The notes: generated by a model from the letters alone, not told the origin. A stretch of 64,000 nucleotides of DNA from Klebsormidium nitens (GCA_000708835.1 DF237285.1:1-64000); one strand, 5' to 3'. Numbered from the stretch's first letter, positions 35,210 to 48,241 are shown. A program made the numbers and translations.

Positions 35210-36088
35210 TTAATATATCCTCAAATAGGTAGACGTCTCAGCTGCCTTGTTTCGCTTCAAGACTCCCATGGTCAGAATGGCTTCTGCACGCAGCACCTTG
35301 AAGTTGAAGGCTGACTGAGGCTGTTGGAGAACTGCAGGAAGCTCGGCGCACAACATGTAACAGTCTACTGAGGCCTTGTTGGGGACTCCAATCATGCTGA
35401 CAGCTTGTTCAAGCTTACGAGTTCCAATCTGGCGCATCGCGAGCTTTCCTCGCCAGAAAACAGATCCAACTTGTCTCGGCTGGGCGTGTCCGACGTTTTT
35501 CAGGAGCGTGCCGTGAATTTCCATAAGTAAGGAGTCCCTGTTGAAGGCTTCATGGCACAGCTGCCTCAAAGTTTCCGGTGTATACAAGGCGTGGACCTGG
35601 CAAGTGTTGATCAGCGGGTTACGACGATCAGTTGAGGGTTGGAATCTTGACGAGCCCGGCTGACCTCCAGACCTTTGAGAGACCCACTGAATGACGCTTT
35701 CCTTCGAACTAATTACAATCAGAAGCTGTGCGGAGTCGTAACCCAGTCCATCTAGACCGTGCTGAAACTGCCAGAGTTGCCGTCTCGTTTGAACGCTTTC
35801 CTTGATCCACCTAGCTTGCACAAGCTTCTTGAGCCCCCCCAATCGAAAAGCTTCTAGATCGGCGTCAAGCCTCGCACTTTGTCGTTCAAGGAAAAGACTT
35901 TCGTGACGCCTAGTGCACTGCGAAAGGGGTGGGCCGCGGAATGCTTTTTTCCAGATGCTAGCATCCCCTATGGCCACGCGCTGAAAGGACTTGCAGACGA
36001 AAGATGCTCGCAGCAGAGAAAGGGGGTCCTGAACTGCGAGCTTGTTCAAGATAACCAACATCACGTCGTCTGGGAGTTCAGGCTGCAT
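35210..36088 (-). CDS. Intronless F-box protein, ~292 aa
   Basis: The N-terminus MQPELPDDVMLVILNKLAVQDPLSLLRASFVCKSFQRV...IWKKAF fits the F-box consensus LPxxxLxxILxxL...vCKxW. Continuous ORF. Confidence 0.8.
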   Translation of the reverse strand: MQPELPDDVMLVILNKLAVQDPLSLLRASFVCKSFQRVAIGDASIWKKAFRGPPLSQCTRRHESLFLERQSARLDADLEAFRLGGLKKLVQARWIKESVQTRRQLWQFQHGLDGLGYDSAQLLIVISSKESVIQWVSQRSGGQPGSSRFQPSTDRRNPLINTCQVHALYTPETLRQLCHEAFNRDSLLMEIHGTLLKNVGHAQPRQVGSVFWRGKLAMRQIGTRKLEQAVSMIGVPNKASVDCYMLCAELPAVLQQPQSAFNFKVLRAEAILTMGVLKRNKAAETSTYLRIY

Positions 36089-36793
36089 GGTGACGAACGT
36101 ACAAAGACTCAACCAGGCACAGCAGCTGTTGTGATCAGTTCAAGGCCTTCTGTCAAGAGGATTTATACATACGCTCCATTCCTTTCATTCCTGCTCAGAG
36201 TCCTTGAGGAATCAGCATGTCCTGCTTTGATCTCTATTTCTCAGGAAACCGTCTTGCTCATCACAGTTGGGAGATTGCGTAAACCGTCAACGACCGCCGC
36301 ACGATATACAGCGCCTCTGTGGAGTTCAAGGGAAGCCTCCTTCACCAGTTTGCCGCTCTTTCCATCGGATTATTCAAGAAGAGCGCACCAATTGCCCTTA
36401 AGATGTTCTCTTGTCGTCCCAAATGCTCAACCAAACAGCTGACCTCCCTCTCTTCTGCAGCCTACTTACTTGCGCAGCAAGGACTCAGCCATGCTTGAGT
36501 TTCTGAATCTGAGAAGTCTGACGTACTTCAAATTCGCTTGGAACAGCTTGTTCAATCCGTGCTCTGAGCGTCAATTTGTTTGCTCGAGCCTCGGATCTAC
36601 TGTGCCAAGTGCCCTGATTCTGCACTCACTGCATGCATTTCATGATCATGATGATGAGGACTTGCAGCGCGGGTAACCGTTGGAAAATGAATATTGACGA
36701 TCCAAACCGTCCATCCTGTGATCCTGGCACCTCAGGGCTAGGCGGTCAGCGCCCGGCCGCGGCTGGCGGCCGCTCAACGCAGCCCCGCAAAAC

Positions 36794-36992
36794 ATACTGG
36801 TAACTCCCATTTCACTTGGGAGCCATTTCACTTAAGATCCAAGCTACCTGGGCAGACAAACTAAAAACCCTAACCGACAGAATTACCCGCTCCGCACCCG
36901 AACCCACCCTAACCACCATACCAACCCTACCCGTCTCCCGGGCGCCTATCCTAAGTGAAATGGCTCTAATGTGAAATGGGAGTTACCAGAGT
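36794..36992. mobile_element. 199-bp MITE with TIRs and a 9-bp target-site duplication (Mutator-like by TSD length)
   Basis: Perfect 19-bp IR CTGGTAACTCCCATTTCAC (36797-36815) / GTGAAATGGGAGTTACCAG (36971-36989). Inner IR GAGCCATTTCACTTA / TAAGTGAAATGGCTC. Flanking direct repeat CCGCAAAAC at 36785-36793 and 36993-37001. Confidence 0.85.
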
Positions 36993-37544
36993 CCGCAAAA
37001 CCCCGCGTGGCCTTTCAGATGCGCGGCCGGGTAATCCGATCGGAGCCTGCCATGCAGTGCTAGCTAGTCTGCGTGGGCTGCGCATCTCATGCAGGTACTG
37101 AACAACATCTGCCGGCGAGCGCACAGGCGTCTCCCCTAAGTATCCGCACTTTCAGGTGTGAAATCTTGCTCCTGCTGTCCACCACTTCGGCTTCGACATC
37201 CAAGGTGTTACCGCATGGCATAGATTGAAAGGATCAGCGACAGATGTTTCAAAGGAGGATCCCTGTTCTTAGGAATAATTTCCACAATGTTTTTGACTTT
37301 GCCATAACGAGAGAACGCAGGACTTGCATGTCTTTGAGCAGAACACATCTTCCTTAATGCAGCGAACAAATTTTGCAGTTCAACTGGCGTTAGACCCAGG
37401 ATTATTGAGAACGACACCGCTTGGCAACGTCGTTTGAGGACCCGCCCTGATCATTGCTCCCGGTTATATAATCCAGCTGGCCGGAACAAGGGCCAAAATA
37501 CAACCAAAAGACCAAGACGTGGTCGCTCGGAAGAGTCTGTCCGC

Positions 37545-38078
37545 TCAGAGAGTCAAGCAGGACAAAGGTACGTGAAAATTCTGAGTATCGAGCACTGTTG
37601 GCAGTTGGTTCAGTAAGGTTCTTTGCTGATCTTGGTAATAAAGGTTACGGTCAGCAGTGCCAGTGTGAGTGTTTCGAGGTTGATTGACTCGTATAATAAT
37701 TGCATGTTTTATATCTGTCAACAGAGTCAGTACGACGTTTTTGATATACTCACTATGCTCCTGCTTTGCGTTTATATGGACCATCCACACACCTTTTTCG
37801 TAAAGTCTCGTGCCCCTGGCATCCCAGCCATTTGTAAGCAATCAGGAGCCGGCGGATGCGGTGAAAAATAAATCGTGGCACGCATGCAAGGGTATTGGTC
37901 CTTTTTGATAGAATTTGCTCATCAAATTAACCAGATGTGGCTCAAAACAGTTTGTTGACGATTTGATCAGCTCGTTCCTGCGCGTCTTGGCCAAGTTCGA
38001 CTCGTCGGTTTCACAAAAAGGAGCACAGGCAAGCATATTTCTTGAATGCATGGGCATCTTGTTTGACTCTGCCTCCAT
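37545..38078 (-). pseudogene. Possible decayed ORF: two abutting in-frame ORFs separated by one stop
   Basis: ORF 38078-37842 and ORF 37841-37545 are contiguous in the same frame (~177 codons in total). No recognisable domain. Confidence 0.25.
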
Positions 38079-38090
38079 TTATCTGCAGCC

Positions 38091-38429
38091 GTGCCAAACA
38101 ACCGCACCGCCGTCCTGCAGCTTCTCCAGGTCATCAATGTGAAGCTTGACAACCAGGCACCCAAGCGGCATAACAGCTACGCCCGCGATCTTCCGCAGGC
38201 CCTGCGTCCTATCGCCGTCACCGCGACTGGCGGTGCGCATCCTGTGGGGAGTGTTCCGCAGCTTCAAGATGCAGGCGGCATATTCCCAGGCACGGTTCAG
38301 CAGCTGTTAACCCTGAGCCCGGCTCAGCTTGATGAGTTGCGAGCGTTTTACAACGATGACTTCGGGAACCAAGTAGGTGACGGGGTTGAGATACAGCGCC
38401 ACAAATTCGCTATGTACATCGGATGGTAG
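38091..38429 (+). CDS. Small protein or terminal exon resembling the Mug135-like C-terminal domain
   Basis: C-terminal pattern FPGTVQQLLTLSPAQLDELRAFYNDDFG...QRHKFAMYIGW resembles FPxT..L..L....L..L..FY......R..F..FIG as I recall it from fungal/algal proteins. It is preceded by an acceptor-like TTATCTGCAG with no in-frame ATG, so a 5' exon is probably unassigned. Confidence 0.5.
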   Translation: MPNNRTAVLQLLQVINVKLDNQAPKRHNSYARDLPQALRPIAVTATGGAHPVGSVPQLQDAGGIFPGTVQQLLTLSPAQLDELRAFYNDDFGNQVGDGVEIQRHKFAMYIGW

Positions 38430-38994
38430 GTTCAACCGTCCTTGCTGGGTTTTTTGGGAGGCCCTGTCAGGCGTTGCCTCGGATAGCATATGCACATGGA
38501 CTGCAATCTCCCCGCGACTTCAGCTTTCGTCCGGAGCTTAAGTCGGGTATGTAGAAAAGACATTGTCAACGGTCATGCCGCTTTTTGGAACTGAAGTAAC
38601 ACGTGATGACAATCAATGCTGCTGAACCCAATCCTTGCTCGTATCAGCAGGAAGATCACTGGTTGTGTAATCAAGCACGCGGGCTTGGAGACCTTACAGG
38701 CTCGCGCACCATTGGATTGTGTACATCTTATGATCATTGCCAAGGAGTCGCTTGCACTATGCTGCGTGCTGCATTGGATATAGACGTGGACCTGAGCTGC
38801 GCAAGGTGTCGCTTGAGCATATCCTTTCCTCAGAAGGGACTTGGATGGCAGAGGTGCATATGATCCTCTTTCTCAGATTGGCATCATGCGAGCCATATAC
38901 AATATGGAAATACGTTCCGTCGGACATGACCGTGCGTCACACTGGTCGTATATAGAATAGGAACGTGTGTAACAAGTTTCTCGTTGGCCGGGGC

Positions 38995-41900
38995 TCAAAG
39001 ACTGCCATCTTTTAGAATATCCTGGAACCACTCTTTATTTCGACAGCTAGCTAGGTCGTCGTCCGCCGCAAGTTCGTCGGCTCGAAGGCGCCTCAATCCC
39101 TGGAGCTTGGTCAGCGCGCCGCGAACTTCATCCTCGTGGCCAGCCAGCGCGGCTGTAGCACAAAGGGGGAGAAAGGAATGACTGAGTCTGTGAATGCGCC
39201 GTACATGGTAGACTAGAAGAACATAAGCAGACTGGCCGTCAAAGAGCCCACAATACGGTGCTCCACTTCAACCGGAAGCTCTCGACATAGCAAGTAAAAG
39301 GTCACGTTGAGCTGCGCAAAGAGGACGGGAGATACCTACTGAATCCGGGTGAAAAATCCTTTTTTGTTGTCGATCGGCCGGTCGGCTCGGAAAGAGCGGT
39401 GATCCAGCGGACGACCAAGCTAGTCAACGCCTCCGTCCTCAGAAGAATAAGTCGACCACGCACCCCGCCAATGAACCTTCATGCCATCTTACCCGGAATA
39501 ACTCAAAGGCGGCCCCGAAAGAATGATACTCCTCACGAACAAATCATGACGTAAGGAAAGAATAACCCACCTGCGCACGCGTAGTTGTACATCGCATCGC
39601 ACCACTCCGCAAACCCGAGCCCCGCCGGCTGCCCCCCGAGGGCCTCCCGGTATGCGGCAGTGCTCCGTTCGAAGTTTTCGTGGCTGGCTTGCGCGTCCCC
39701 GTCCTTGTGCTTCAGCTTGCCGGCGAGAAGGAACACGTCGGCCACTCCCAATTTCGCGTCGACGTTGTTGCGGTCGATCCGGAGCGCGGCGCCGTACCCC
39801 TCGTCAACGGCGCAGGTGAGCAGCGAGTAAGCTTCTGCCACGTGGCCGCCTGAGCAGGTAAAAAGAAAGTCTGTCCAATAGCCTCGGGCAGAGACACATG
39901 GTTGGTGTACCTTCGACGCCGGAGATTTGAGTATCCAAGTCTGTCGCTAGAAAGGTAGCCGCGATCATCTCGTCTGCTGCAAGCGAGAGCTTCGTCCTTC
40001 GTTTGTAACATTTCCGTAACACTGTGGCGCGTAACACAGGCAGGCACACGAGCAGGGCTTGGAAGAAAGCATTGCGAATGATGCCAAAACCAGCGTATCT
40101 GGCCTCTCTGCCTGTTCGGATAGTGCAGCTATCTCAATCTGAAACCTCGAGAAGGATTAGACACAACTATCAGGCGCTTACGGCTCCTCGTTTGCTCGTG
40201 GAATTCCTACCTGTTGATTTCTGGAACTAAAGAGTTCCATCGTGGACTGCATTGCTGAGAAAAAGCTCACTCCGTCTTCAGCGAACCAGTTCGTCTTACC
40301 AGCGTGTGCCCTCTCTCCATGCCCGCTCAAAGTGTCGCCCAGGGTGACACGTGGCGCCACGTCCGTCCGGCTGAAGTCAGCACCGTGACGCAGTTTCTCC
40401 TCGGCCTGAGCGAAGAGCGCCAAAGCCGCCGTGGTCTCAGGACAGCGCTGCACGAGAGTACGTCCCGCTTTTCAGAAAGATAATACTTACAACGAATTTT
40501 GTGTCATAACGTGTTTTCGTATCAGGGAACTCGCTGATCTACTCTGGCTGGCAATGCACGTTCTAGATTCTCTTTTGAGCAGATTTGAGGATCTCCCACG
40601 TCATCGGGCTGGTGAACTGCCACGGCAGGACTCTCGGGGATACCAACCGTTCGAAGCGGGCTATGTGGGCCGGAAAGATTATCGCCTATTTGCCTCGAGC
40701 TTTCCGAACGTCAGTCTGATAAAATACTTTCACGATGCACGCGTCCAGAGGCCTCAACGCAAAGTCCCCTCCTCGTTGCTTCAATTATCACAGTCCGTCA
40801 GTTCCAAGGTAGGTTCGCGCCCAATAGTAAACTCTCGTTCCTCACTTGAGCAGCCGAGAAGAGCCCCGCCCCCCAATTCAGCAGCAACCCCGCCAAGTCG
40901 TCCCCCAGCCTGACGTCAGCAACCGAGCAACCGGCGGCATATGCCTGCATCGCCCGCTCGAACAGCGGCCCCGCTTGGTCCCACTCTGCAGGACGCGAGG
41001 AGTGTGGAAAGGGCCCGCAGAGCATCTCAGCATGGCGGACTAGGCAGTCCCCGAAGTTGGTCAGGGTCTCGATGTCGTCCTTTTGGAGTTCTAGGGCGGC
41101 AGAGTACCTGCGAGGGGCGTTCTCTGGTGTCTGTCTGGATTCGTCTGTAAGACAGGCAATCTACGCTGGAGGTTTCTTTTGGGTAGTTTGCAAGGGTCCA
41201 GGTTCGCCTGTGGATTGTGTATCGACTGGTAGACGTGAGGTACTTTGGAAGAGAGTTTTGATCAAAATTGGGAGAGCAAGCGACTGTCATAACCGCTGAG
41301 GGCCCGAGGAAAGGCTGCCAAAAAGTGCCTGTTCCGGAGTCCCTTGGACACAATCTACGGTCAAAGACAAACTTGAACATCACCTTTCTCCAAGAATGCC
41401 TTCAGGAAGCCCCATTACTAAAGCCTGCCGTTTTGTGGGCAACAATAACAATAATCTCTGACTTAGACAAAAGTGGCTGTTTAGACACGCAAAATATGTG
41501 AGGCGCGTTGTAACACGGCTTTCGTCGCTTGAAACTTGCAAGCTTCCACGTCATTCCCTTGATGGTCGACTGTAGCAATTGTGAGCATCGAAATCGCTTG
41601 AAAAGCAACTTCCCGGAGTATCGAGTCGAGGAGCAATTTCCGTTACTATCATCCTTTACTTGTTAAAACACTGCTTCTCACCTCCCTTCAGCTCGCTCTA
41701 ACAGCGTGCTGGCTCTTTGCGCCCCTCCCCCATTCTCCTTTGGAATTTCTGCAAGGGCGTCCGCCCATTCAGCAAGTGCATTCCCGCTGTTGACAGTTGC
41801 CTCCAGCCAGGCAGAGGCGCGCTCTGAGGTGTTTGCAGAGGCCTGGGCATCTGGGGCTGTGCCGGCTTCTGAAATGATGGCTTCATAAGCAGAGTTGCTC

Positions 41901-43089
41901 TGCAGACAGAAAAGTCTTTACGCTCAGGAGGGAACTTGGAAGCTTGCAGGGGAAACTACCCGGTCTTCAAACGCAATCAGGAGATCACGGTCTGCTTTGT
42001 CCGGATTGTTGCCATGTTCCAAACTCCAGATTGCAGGACCACACTGAAAAGCAACGAAAGCTGTCAATGCAAGCTGATCATGTGAGCACTTGGCATCAAC
42101 CAGATTAGAGGAGCTGCTCACTTCATTACAAAGACTGGCCACCGCCATGTGGACTGCAGTACCCCGTTCTTCGCTGCCAGAGTCGAAACTTGCTGGCCCG
42201 CTTCTCAAGTGGGCCAAGAGGGATGCGGACCACTCCAAATAAGCCTCACCCTGCAAATCATGACACTTGAATGACCGAGATGCATTTGTGTAACTTACTG
42301 GAAGGATGACTCTGTGCATATATCGTTCGCAAGAAAGGTGTGCAGTGGTATTCACCATGTCAAAGAGCCGGCATGCTCCTCATAGCATTGTCTCCACAAA
42401 AAGAAGAATTTGACTTTTGTTTTGTCAAAAACTCTTTAGGTAGGCCCAACAGAACCAACGATATACATAGTTGAACCTCATGAGATATTTGGCTTCTCCA
42501 AATATCTCATGAGGCTTCAAGTTGAGCACAGATCTTGAAAAAGGCCTTTCACAAAGGTTGTCAAGAACAGCTTCCAAACTTTTTCAAATCCCTTACCAAG
42601 TCATTCAAAGCATCAAGCCTTTGCGAAACCGTAACATCCAATTGTAGGGATGCCCTGTACTTGTCAGCGCTCTGTTCAAATAGCGCTGCTGCCTCTCGCC
42701 CTGCCGTCTTCCTCTCAGCAGCTTGCTTCAAGCGGGACGCCTCTGCATACAATTCTAGAAAGAAGAGAATCTGCCACGGTCTTCCCAACAACCGTAACAC
42801 CAAGCTCTGAGGTGGTACGCTTCCTCCAGCCAACAGACTGGAGGCCGAATGTGGCATCAACTAAGAAGATATATGATGCGGCAAAGCTTGAATCAGAGGA
42901 AGCCGGTTCAAAACAAATACTCCATGTAGAGGCAATCAAGAGCAGCAAGCATGCACATCTCACACCGCAATTTGGTGCCACTTCCATCCACCCACCGGCC
43001 AGCATTAACTGCACTGGCGTCAGCACGTCCTTCGCTTTCTCTCCTTTCTTCCCATCCTTCCATCTGGAATTGCGTGCATTGCGTGACAT
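38995..43089 (-). CDS. TPR-repeat protein, 8 exons
   Basis: Exons 43089-42996, 42754-42597, 42250-42122, 41899-41682, 41107-40846, 40447-40300, 39849-39571, 39152-38995 are phase-consistent. TPR-like helices (RYSAALELQKDDIETLTNFGDCLVRHAE; LAGLLLNWGAGL). C-terminal motif YNYACAAALAG...ELAADDDLASCRNKEWF. First exon tentative. Confidence 0.75.
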
Positions 43090-43676
43090 TGGAGCAGTGG
43101 CAAGCCCGGCGCATTGAGCATGCCAGAAGAGCCCGCAATATTTGACCACTAAGTATAGCAGTGCACCAGCTAGAAAGGTAGGTATGCAACTTGCAAGAAG
43201 CTTTCAAAAAAAGCCAGCGACCTTCTCAGCTGTTGCAAATTCAATTCGCCCATTGGCATCAGCATGAAGCCAGCATGAAGCTGATGTTTCCGGGTTCCCT
43301 CTCCTCTATGCCGTCGATTATAGAGGCTGTGAAAGTCGTCGACGGCCAGAGCTAAACACAGTCAGTTGGACGGGCGCCTTCCGATGCAAGATACCTTTAT
43401 CGGATGGTCATGCTGCAAGATTCCAATCCTCTTGCTGTTGGCCAGGACTAGCGCTCTGCTCGTCACTGATCTGTGGCGTTGCAGAAGCTTCGTTGCTGGG
43501 GACGCCTCTACTTGCCTCTACTGTCGACTTCCAAGGGAGCTCACTTCAGCAAATAGTACAGCTGCCCTCTTTTTCCGGGAGGAAAAGAAAGCAGAAAGGT
43601 GCTGAAAAGCAGCAGGTGCAGCTCGTGAATAAGTGCGCAGGGCCACCACAAAGGAGTTGCTGATCAGAGTGACAAA

Positions 43677-46600
43677 ATGGTGCAGATCTGTGAATTGTAT
43701 CCCCAATTGGCATTAAAGCGTCTGTATTCGTCTTCGTTGTTTCTTTGAGCTGTATGCAGTCTTCCTGCCCAATTTGCTCTACAATCTTTAGGTTTAAGCA
43801 ATGCAGTAGTAATCCCAGCTTCCTGTTTTCTGCTTGTGTCTGCAGCTGATCGATGGCCCTTGGCAAGCAGTTTCTTCGAAGTCAAGCCAAGATGCAGCTC
43901 ATTGTGCCTTGTTTTTGGCTGAAAGATTTCATCTTCATGGTCAAAACCTAGAAGCGTCTAATCCCCTTGAACAATACAGACCAGGTACACTTTTGTTGCT
44001 TTCCCTTGACCTGCTCCACTGACAGCCGTATTTCGATGCCCTACACGCTGGAGGAATACCAAGCCGCTCAGAGTTTTATGGTGATGAAGATGCAGCAGGA
44101 GAGCTCAACTTCGGAGGAGGGAGTGGAAGTTCTTGAAAACCGGCCGTTTGAAAATGAGGAGCTTGGGAAGGGGCAGTACACCCGAAAAGTGAGACTCTTG
44201 CAATGATGTTCCAGTATAGGGGCTGTGTTCCAAAGGCCAGTCACAGGTCTGCATCAAGCACCAGAGGTGCTCAGTGTACATTCGACTTCTTTGTGCTAGC
44301 GCCCTCAACCCATTTTCAAGATTTAGGGTTTTTTTGAAGATTGTTTTGTGCTTTCCTGGCAGATCTACCACTTTGCAAGCAAAGTCCCTGTGTGGCTGGC
44401 GGCGGTTGCACCGGCAGCTGTGCTCCAGATGGAGGAGGAGGCATGGAATGCATACCCCCGATGCAGGACAATAATCAAGGTGCGCTGGATGGGGAAAACT
44501 TCAAGTTCTAACAGGAGGGGTACTGAGCTGGCTTTTGGTAATGTTGTCTAGAGTCAAGTAGTAGCTTTCAAACAAAGGTATACCTTTTCAGTGTGACAGG
44601 CTGCTTGCACGACTCCTTGTGGTGTTCTTAAAGTCAAGCGGGGCACAACCACTGTTCACTGAAGCAAATTAGATTCTGAAGTGGGTAGAATGTTGATTAT
44701 CTGTAATCTGAGCCACTGGCTGACCCGTTCAGCTGAGATTGAGAACCTCGCTCCAAGGCCTGAGCTTGATGCAGGAATGTCGCTGTTCTTCTGGTTGTCG
44801 ACATGTAGAAGGTTGTAGAAGATGATTGGTCATCTACTCCTCCATGACACTATCATCATATACTCCTTAAAACTCACTTTATAGTACAGAAAATTGCGGA
44901 GATAGCTTCATGATCACCCTCTTCGTCTCTGCTTGTCATTGTGCAGTGCCCTTACTTCACTTCCTTTAGCATCACCATCGAATCCAACCACGCGCCTGAC
45001 CAAGGAACATCAGAAAACGTGAGCGTCTGCGTCACAGCTTGTGGTTCAAGTTCCTGAAGTACTGAAGGACTGCTTTTCAATCAATCGTAGCTTGTATTTG
45101 GATCAGCTGCTAAGGTCAGGGAAGTTCGTGAAGTCTTGGAGATGCTAAAAGACTTCCAAGCAGTGAAGTCGATCAGAGTTTTTCAAAGTCAATACCAACA
45201 CAGTCGCATGAAGGAGACGATATGTCGCCTTCAAGGCGACAAGCACTTGACCATTCCGGGTGCCGTCAAGCGTGCGTTTATCAGTATTGCTTGTCTTTTT
45301 CTGTGCAGTTGCTCGACTTGAACGACCAGGACCTTAGCTTGCGGGTCATTGACCACGTAGATATTGCTGCCCCTGCTCCTGCGGCCGATGCATGGTACGT
45401 GGAAGTGGGAAAGGACGAGCCATCCGAGTTTGTCTCGAAGAAAACCGGCAGGGGACCTCTTAATGAAGGTTGGCAGGTAAGAATCGCAACTCCACCCCAG
45501 ATAGTACTTCGTGGTCCTTTTGTCATGAACTTCAGGGTCGGGAGGGAGTATATTGTCGAGTTGCAGGAGCGTCCTTGAAGTAGGTCAATTAGATTGTCGT
45601 ATCGAGTCTTTCAACTCTTTTTGTGCATCTGCAGATGTTCAATTTCGATCACAAAAACTTCAGGCTTGTGTTCGATTCGGGCGGAGCTTGAAGCGGTTCT
45701 GAATGCCTCCAAAATTGGCGTTATTTCTGCTGGTTGCATCAAGAAGCTGGAGACCAGCATCCTGGCCCTCGTTCTGAGACACCGTTACTGTTCGCAGAGA
45801 ACCAGCGACCCCATCATGACAGCCTATAAACTTGTGAGAGTTGACGCCCCTATATGGGCCATCGGATGGAAATTAGAGCAGGCGGTGATCCAGGTGAGAC
45901 GTTCCATTGCGATCTTCGCCCTTCGACAATCGCTCTTTGCTAGCCCTCGCAAATTCCTTACGACATACGTAAAGGTTTATCTTTCAGGGAACGACCTTCC
46001 TTCAGCGTAGCGAATGCATGCAGACTGGGTCTTCGCATTGCATAGTGTTCGAAGTCACTGGACAGATGGCGACCGCAATTCAAGCAGAAAGAAGCATGTA
46101 TTTCTCTTACACGATGATCTGCCCTTGTGGACGACGTACTGTGAACTGCGTGAGGCTGAGAATGGTCGATTGGTGGCGGTCGACTCGGCAATTGCATCAA
46201 AGAAAGAGGCTGGCTTTGCTTCAGAGGCAGAAAATCATCATTCATCGTTCGTACCGATCGTTCAAAACAACCACCACGCGAAGAGATCTTCATGTGAGGT
46301 TCCCAAAACGATCATCTAGTTGATCAAATTTGGACAAGGGTCTTCGCATTGGCCGGAAAAGCAGTTTTAAAGATGCTTCTGTCAACAACAAGCTCTTACC
46401 TTTTCCTTATCGCCTTTTCCCCGGTCTCTTCATTTTCTGCAGGCAGAGCGGGCCCTGTTTCTGGCGAGCCATAAACGGTCCTTCTGCTGGATGGACGACT
46501 GGCATGGGCTCACCATGGAGCAGCTGCGCAAGATGGAAAAGAAGAACGATCAAGAGCTCAACAAAGTGAGAGCCTTTCCGCAAGATCCAGTTGGTGACAA

Positions 46601-46997
46601 GATCCTGTTCGTGTCTTTGGATGGTAATCCGTTAGCTTCATTTGGCCCTCTTCCAATGTGCTTCCTCCGCTCGGAAGGAACTGTGTATGATTGCAAACGT
46701 TTTGCCAGCTTCCAACGGGCGTGGATACTTATTACGCTGGTGCTTCTCGTAATTGCTGCTCTATTTCGATTTCGGGACTGCATCGGTCTGACGTTCATTT
46801 TCTTTCCTAACGATCTGTCTGATCGTATTGTGCAGAAACGGGGCATCGTGGACAGCTCGCAAGACGCTGCGACCAAGTCGACGATGATAGAAGCCGCGAG
46901 CTTAGCCGGAAGCAAGATCGATCAGGAGACTGGGTTAGCAGCTGTTGACGGCAACGATCGGAGTCAAGGAGCCCAACGTGTTGCGGTCCCTGCATGA
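43677..46997 (+). CDS. PITP: Class I (START-like, IP_trans family) phosphatidylinositol transfer protein, 8 exons, ~306 aa
   Basis: Exons 43677-43696, 44026-44188, 44363-44479, 44947-45018, 45309-45476, 45798-45893, 46443-46565, 46836-46997 (921 nt). Motifs MVQICEFRISMPYTLEEYQ, EGVEVLENRPF, GQYTRKIYHFASKVP, EEAWNAYP, TGRGPL, MTAYKLV, HKRSFCWMDDWHGLTM. Confidence 0.92.
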
Positions 46998-48241
46998 CCA
47001 GTCAACAAATCTGTCGCGCCCATACTGCTTGGAATGGACTCGAGCTAGGCACACAGATTGCGCAGCTATGATTGTCGACCGTGTACACATACTCTCTTTT
47101 ATGCAGCCAGTTGCCTCCTGCCCGCGTTTGGAATCCATTGAGCTTGTTTATGACCAGAGCATTTGTGATGCAGGCGATGTGAACCAAGTCATCGCCTCTA
47201 TCATGCATGTGTGCCGGGCATGGTCGCGTTGATCTTAAGAAAGAGTAAACTGCATCGAGCTGTATAGGTCCAGCGCGGCTGCCTATGTCTATGTATGCAA
47301 TCTTCGACTGCATGGCACTATGCAGAAGGTGCATAACAAATGTAAGCAGGTTAGGAATTGTGGGATTCGACTGATGTATTCCATGATTGGGCCGAAGCAT
47401 TGAATTCTTTGAACTGCTTTGCGGAGAGCATGCATATACATTGAATGGCGGCCACGGAAGCTTTTTCTGGCATGATCTAAAGTACTTTCAAGGCATCATT
47501 AATGCGGTTGAGCCCACACTATGGTTCGATGATTATGCAACCTCTGCCTATCTGCACCCAGCCAGCTATAGCAGCGCTGCGACTCGAAAGGCTTCAAGGC
47601 ACCTGAAGCTGATGCCATGAAGACTCGACAAACGAGATTGTCAGGCCACATCCGGCCGAACGCGCATGCAGAATAAACCAACCACAGACGCCATTTGATT
47701 GAAGGGCCCAGAACCAAAGCTGACCGTTACCGTCGAGCGACGCGGTGGCAAATTTGACTACGATCTTGGTACGGCCATGTGCAGCAAGCTTCTTTGTTCG
47801 CATGGGCTTGCAGGATAGCAGCGCTGCAAGTGCCTGGTTAGGGCCCCGTTTCAAGTTGGTCTGGAATAACTTTGCCGAGCTTGACTCAAGTCTAAAACAG
47901 GAACCGACTCCGCGACGGACTGAGTAAGATATCTTTTCTTAAACAGTCGGGTTGTTGCGTGTAAGATTCACAACAGCTGCCGCCAATATCTGCTGGCGGC
48001 CCCACATTCTCGTTCTCATTCTTATCTTCGTTCTCATCCTTTGATGATAAGCTGCATCAACATCTCGGCCGCGTTTACTTTACTCTCCTAGGGAGTAGAG
48101 ACCCTCGGCGGGCTGAGAGCTGGGCTGAGATACTGTTCCGTTCGCCCTATCATCTCTGGGAAGTGGAGCGCCAGGGGCAATCGAGGGCTTTACGTTGAAG
48201 GCAGTGTGCGCAACGGTCGCACCTTTGATTCTGAATCTGAA

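Noticed and set aside
36860-36935. CCCTAA-like motifs as interstitial telomeric repeat
   Set aside because: There are only isolated units within the MITE core and no tandem array.
39190-39540. Possible further mirror-composition patch in a TPR-gene intron
   Set aside because: TA and AT counts are about equal by hand count, so there is no clear reversal.
47387-47620. 77-aa protein-like ORF between PITP and BTB
   Set aside because: It is short, has a non-ATG start, and has no splice partners or recognisable family.
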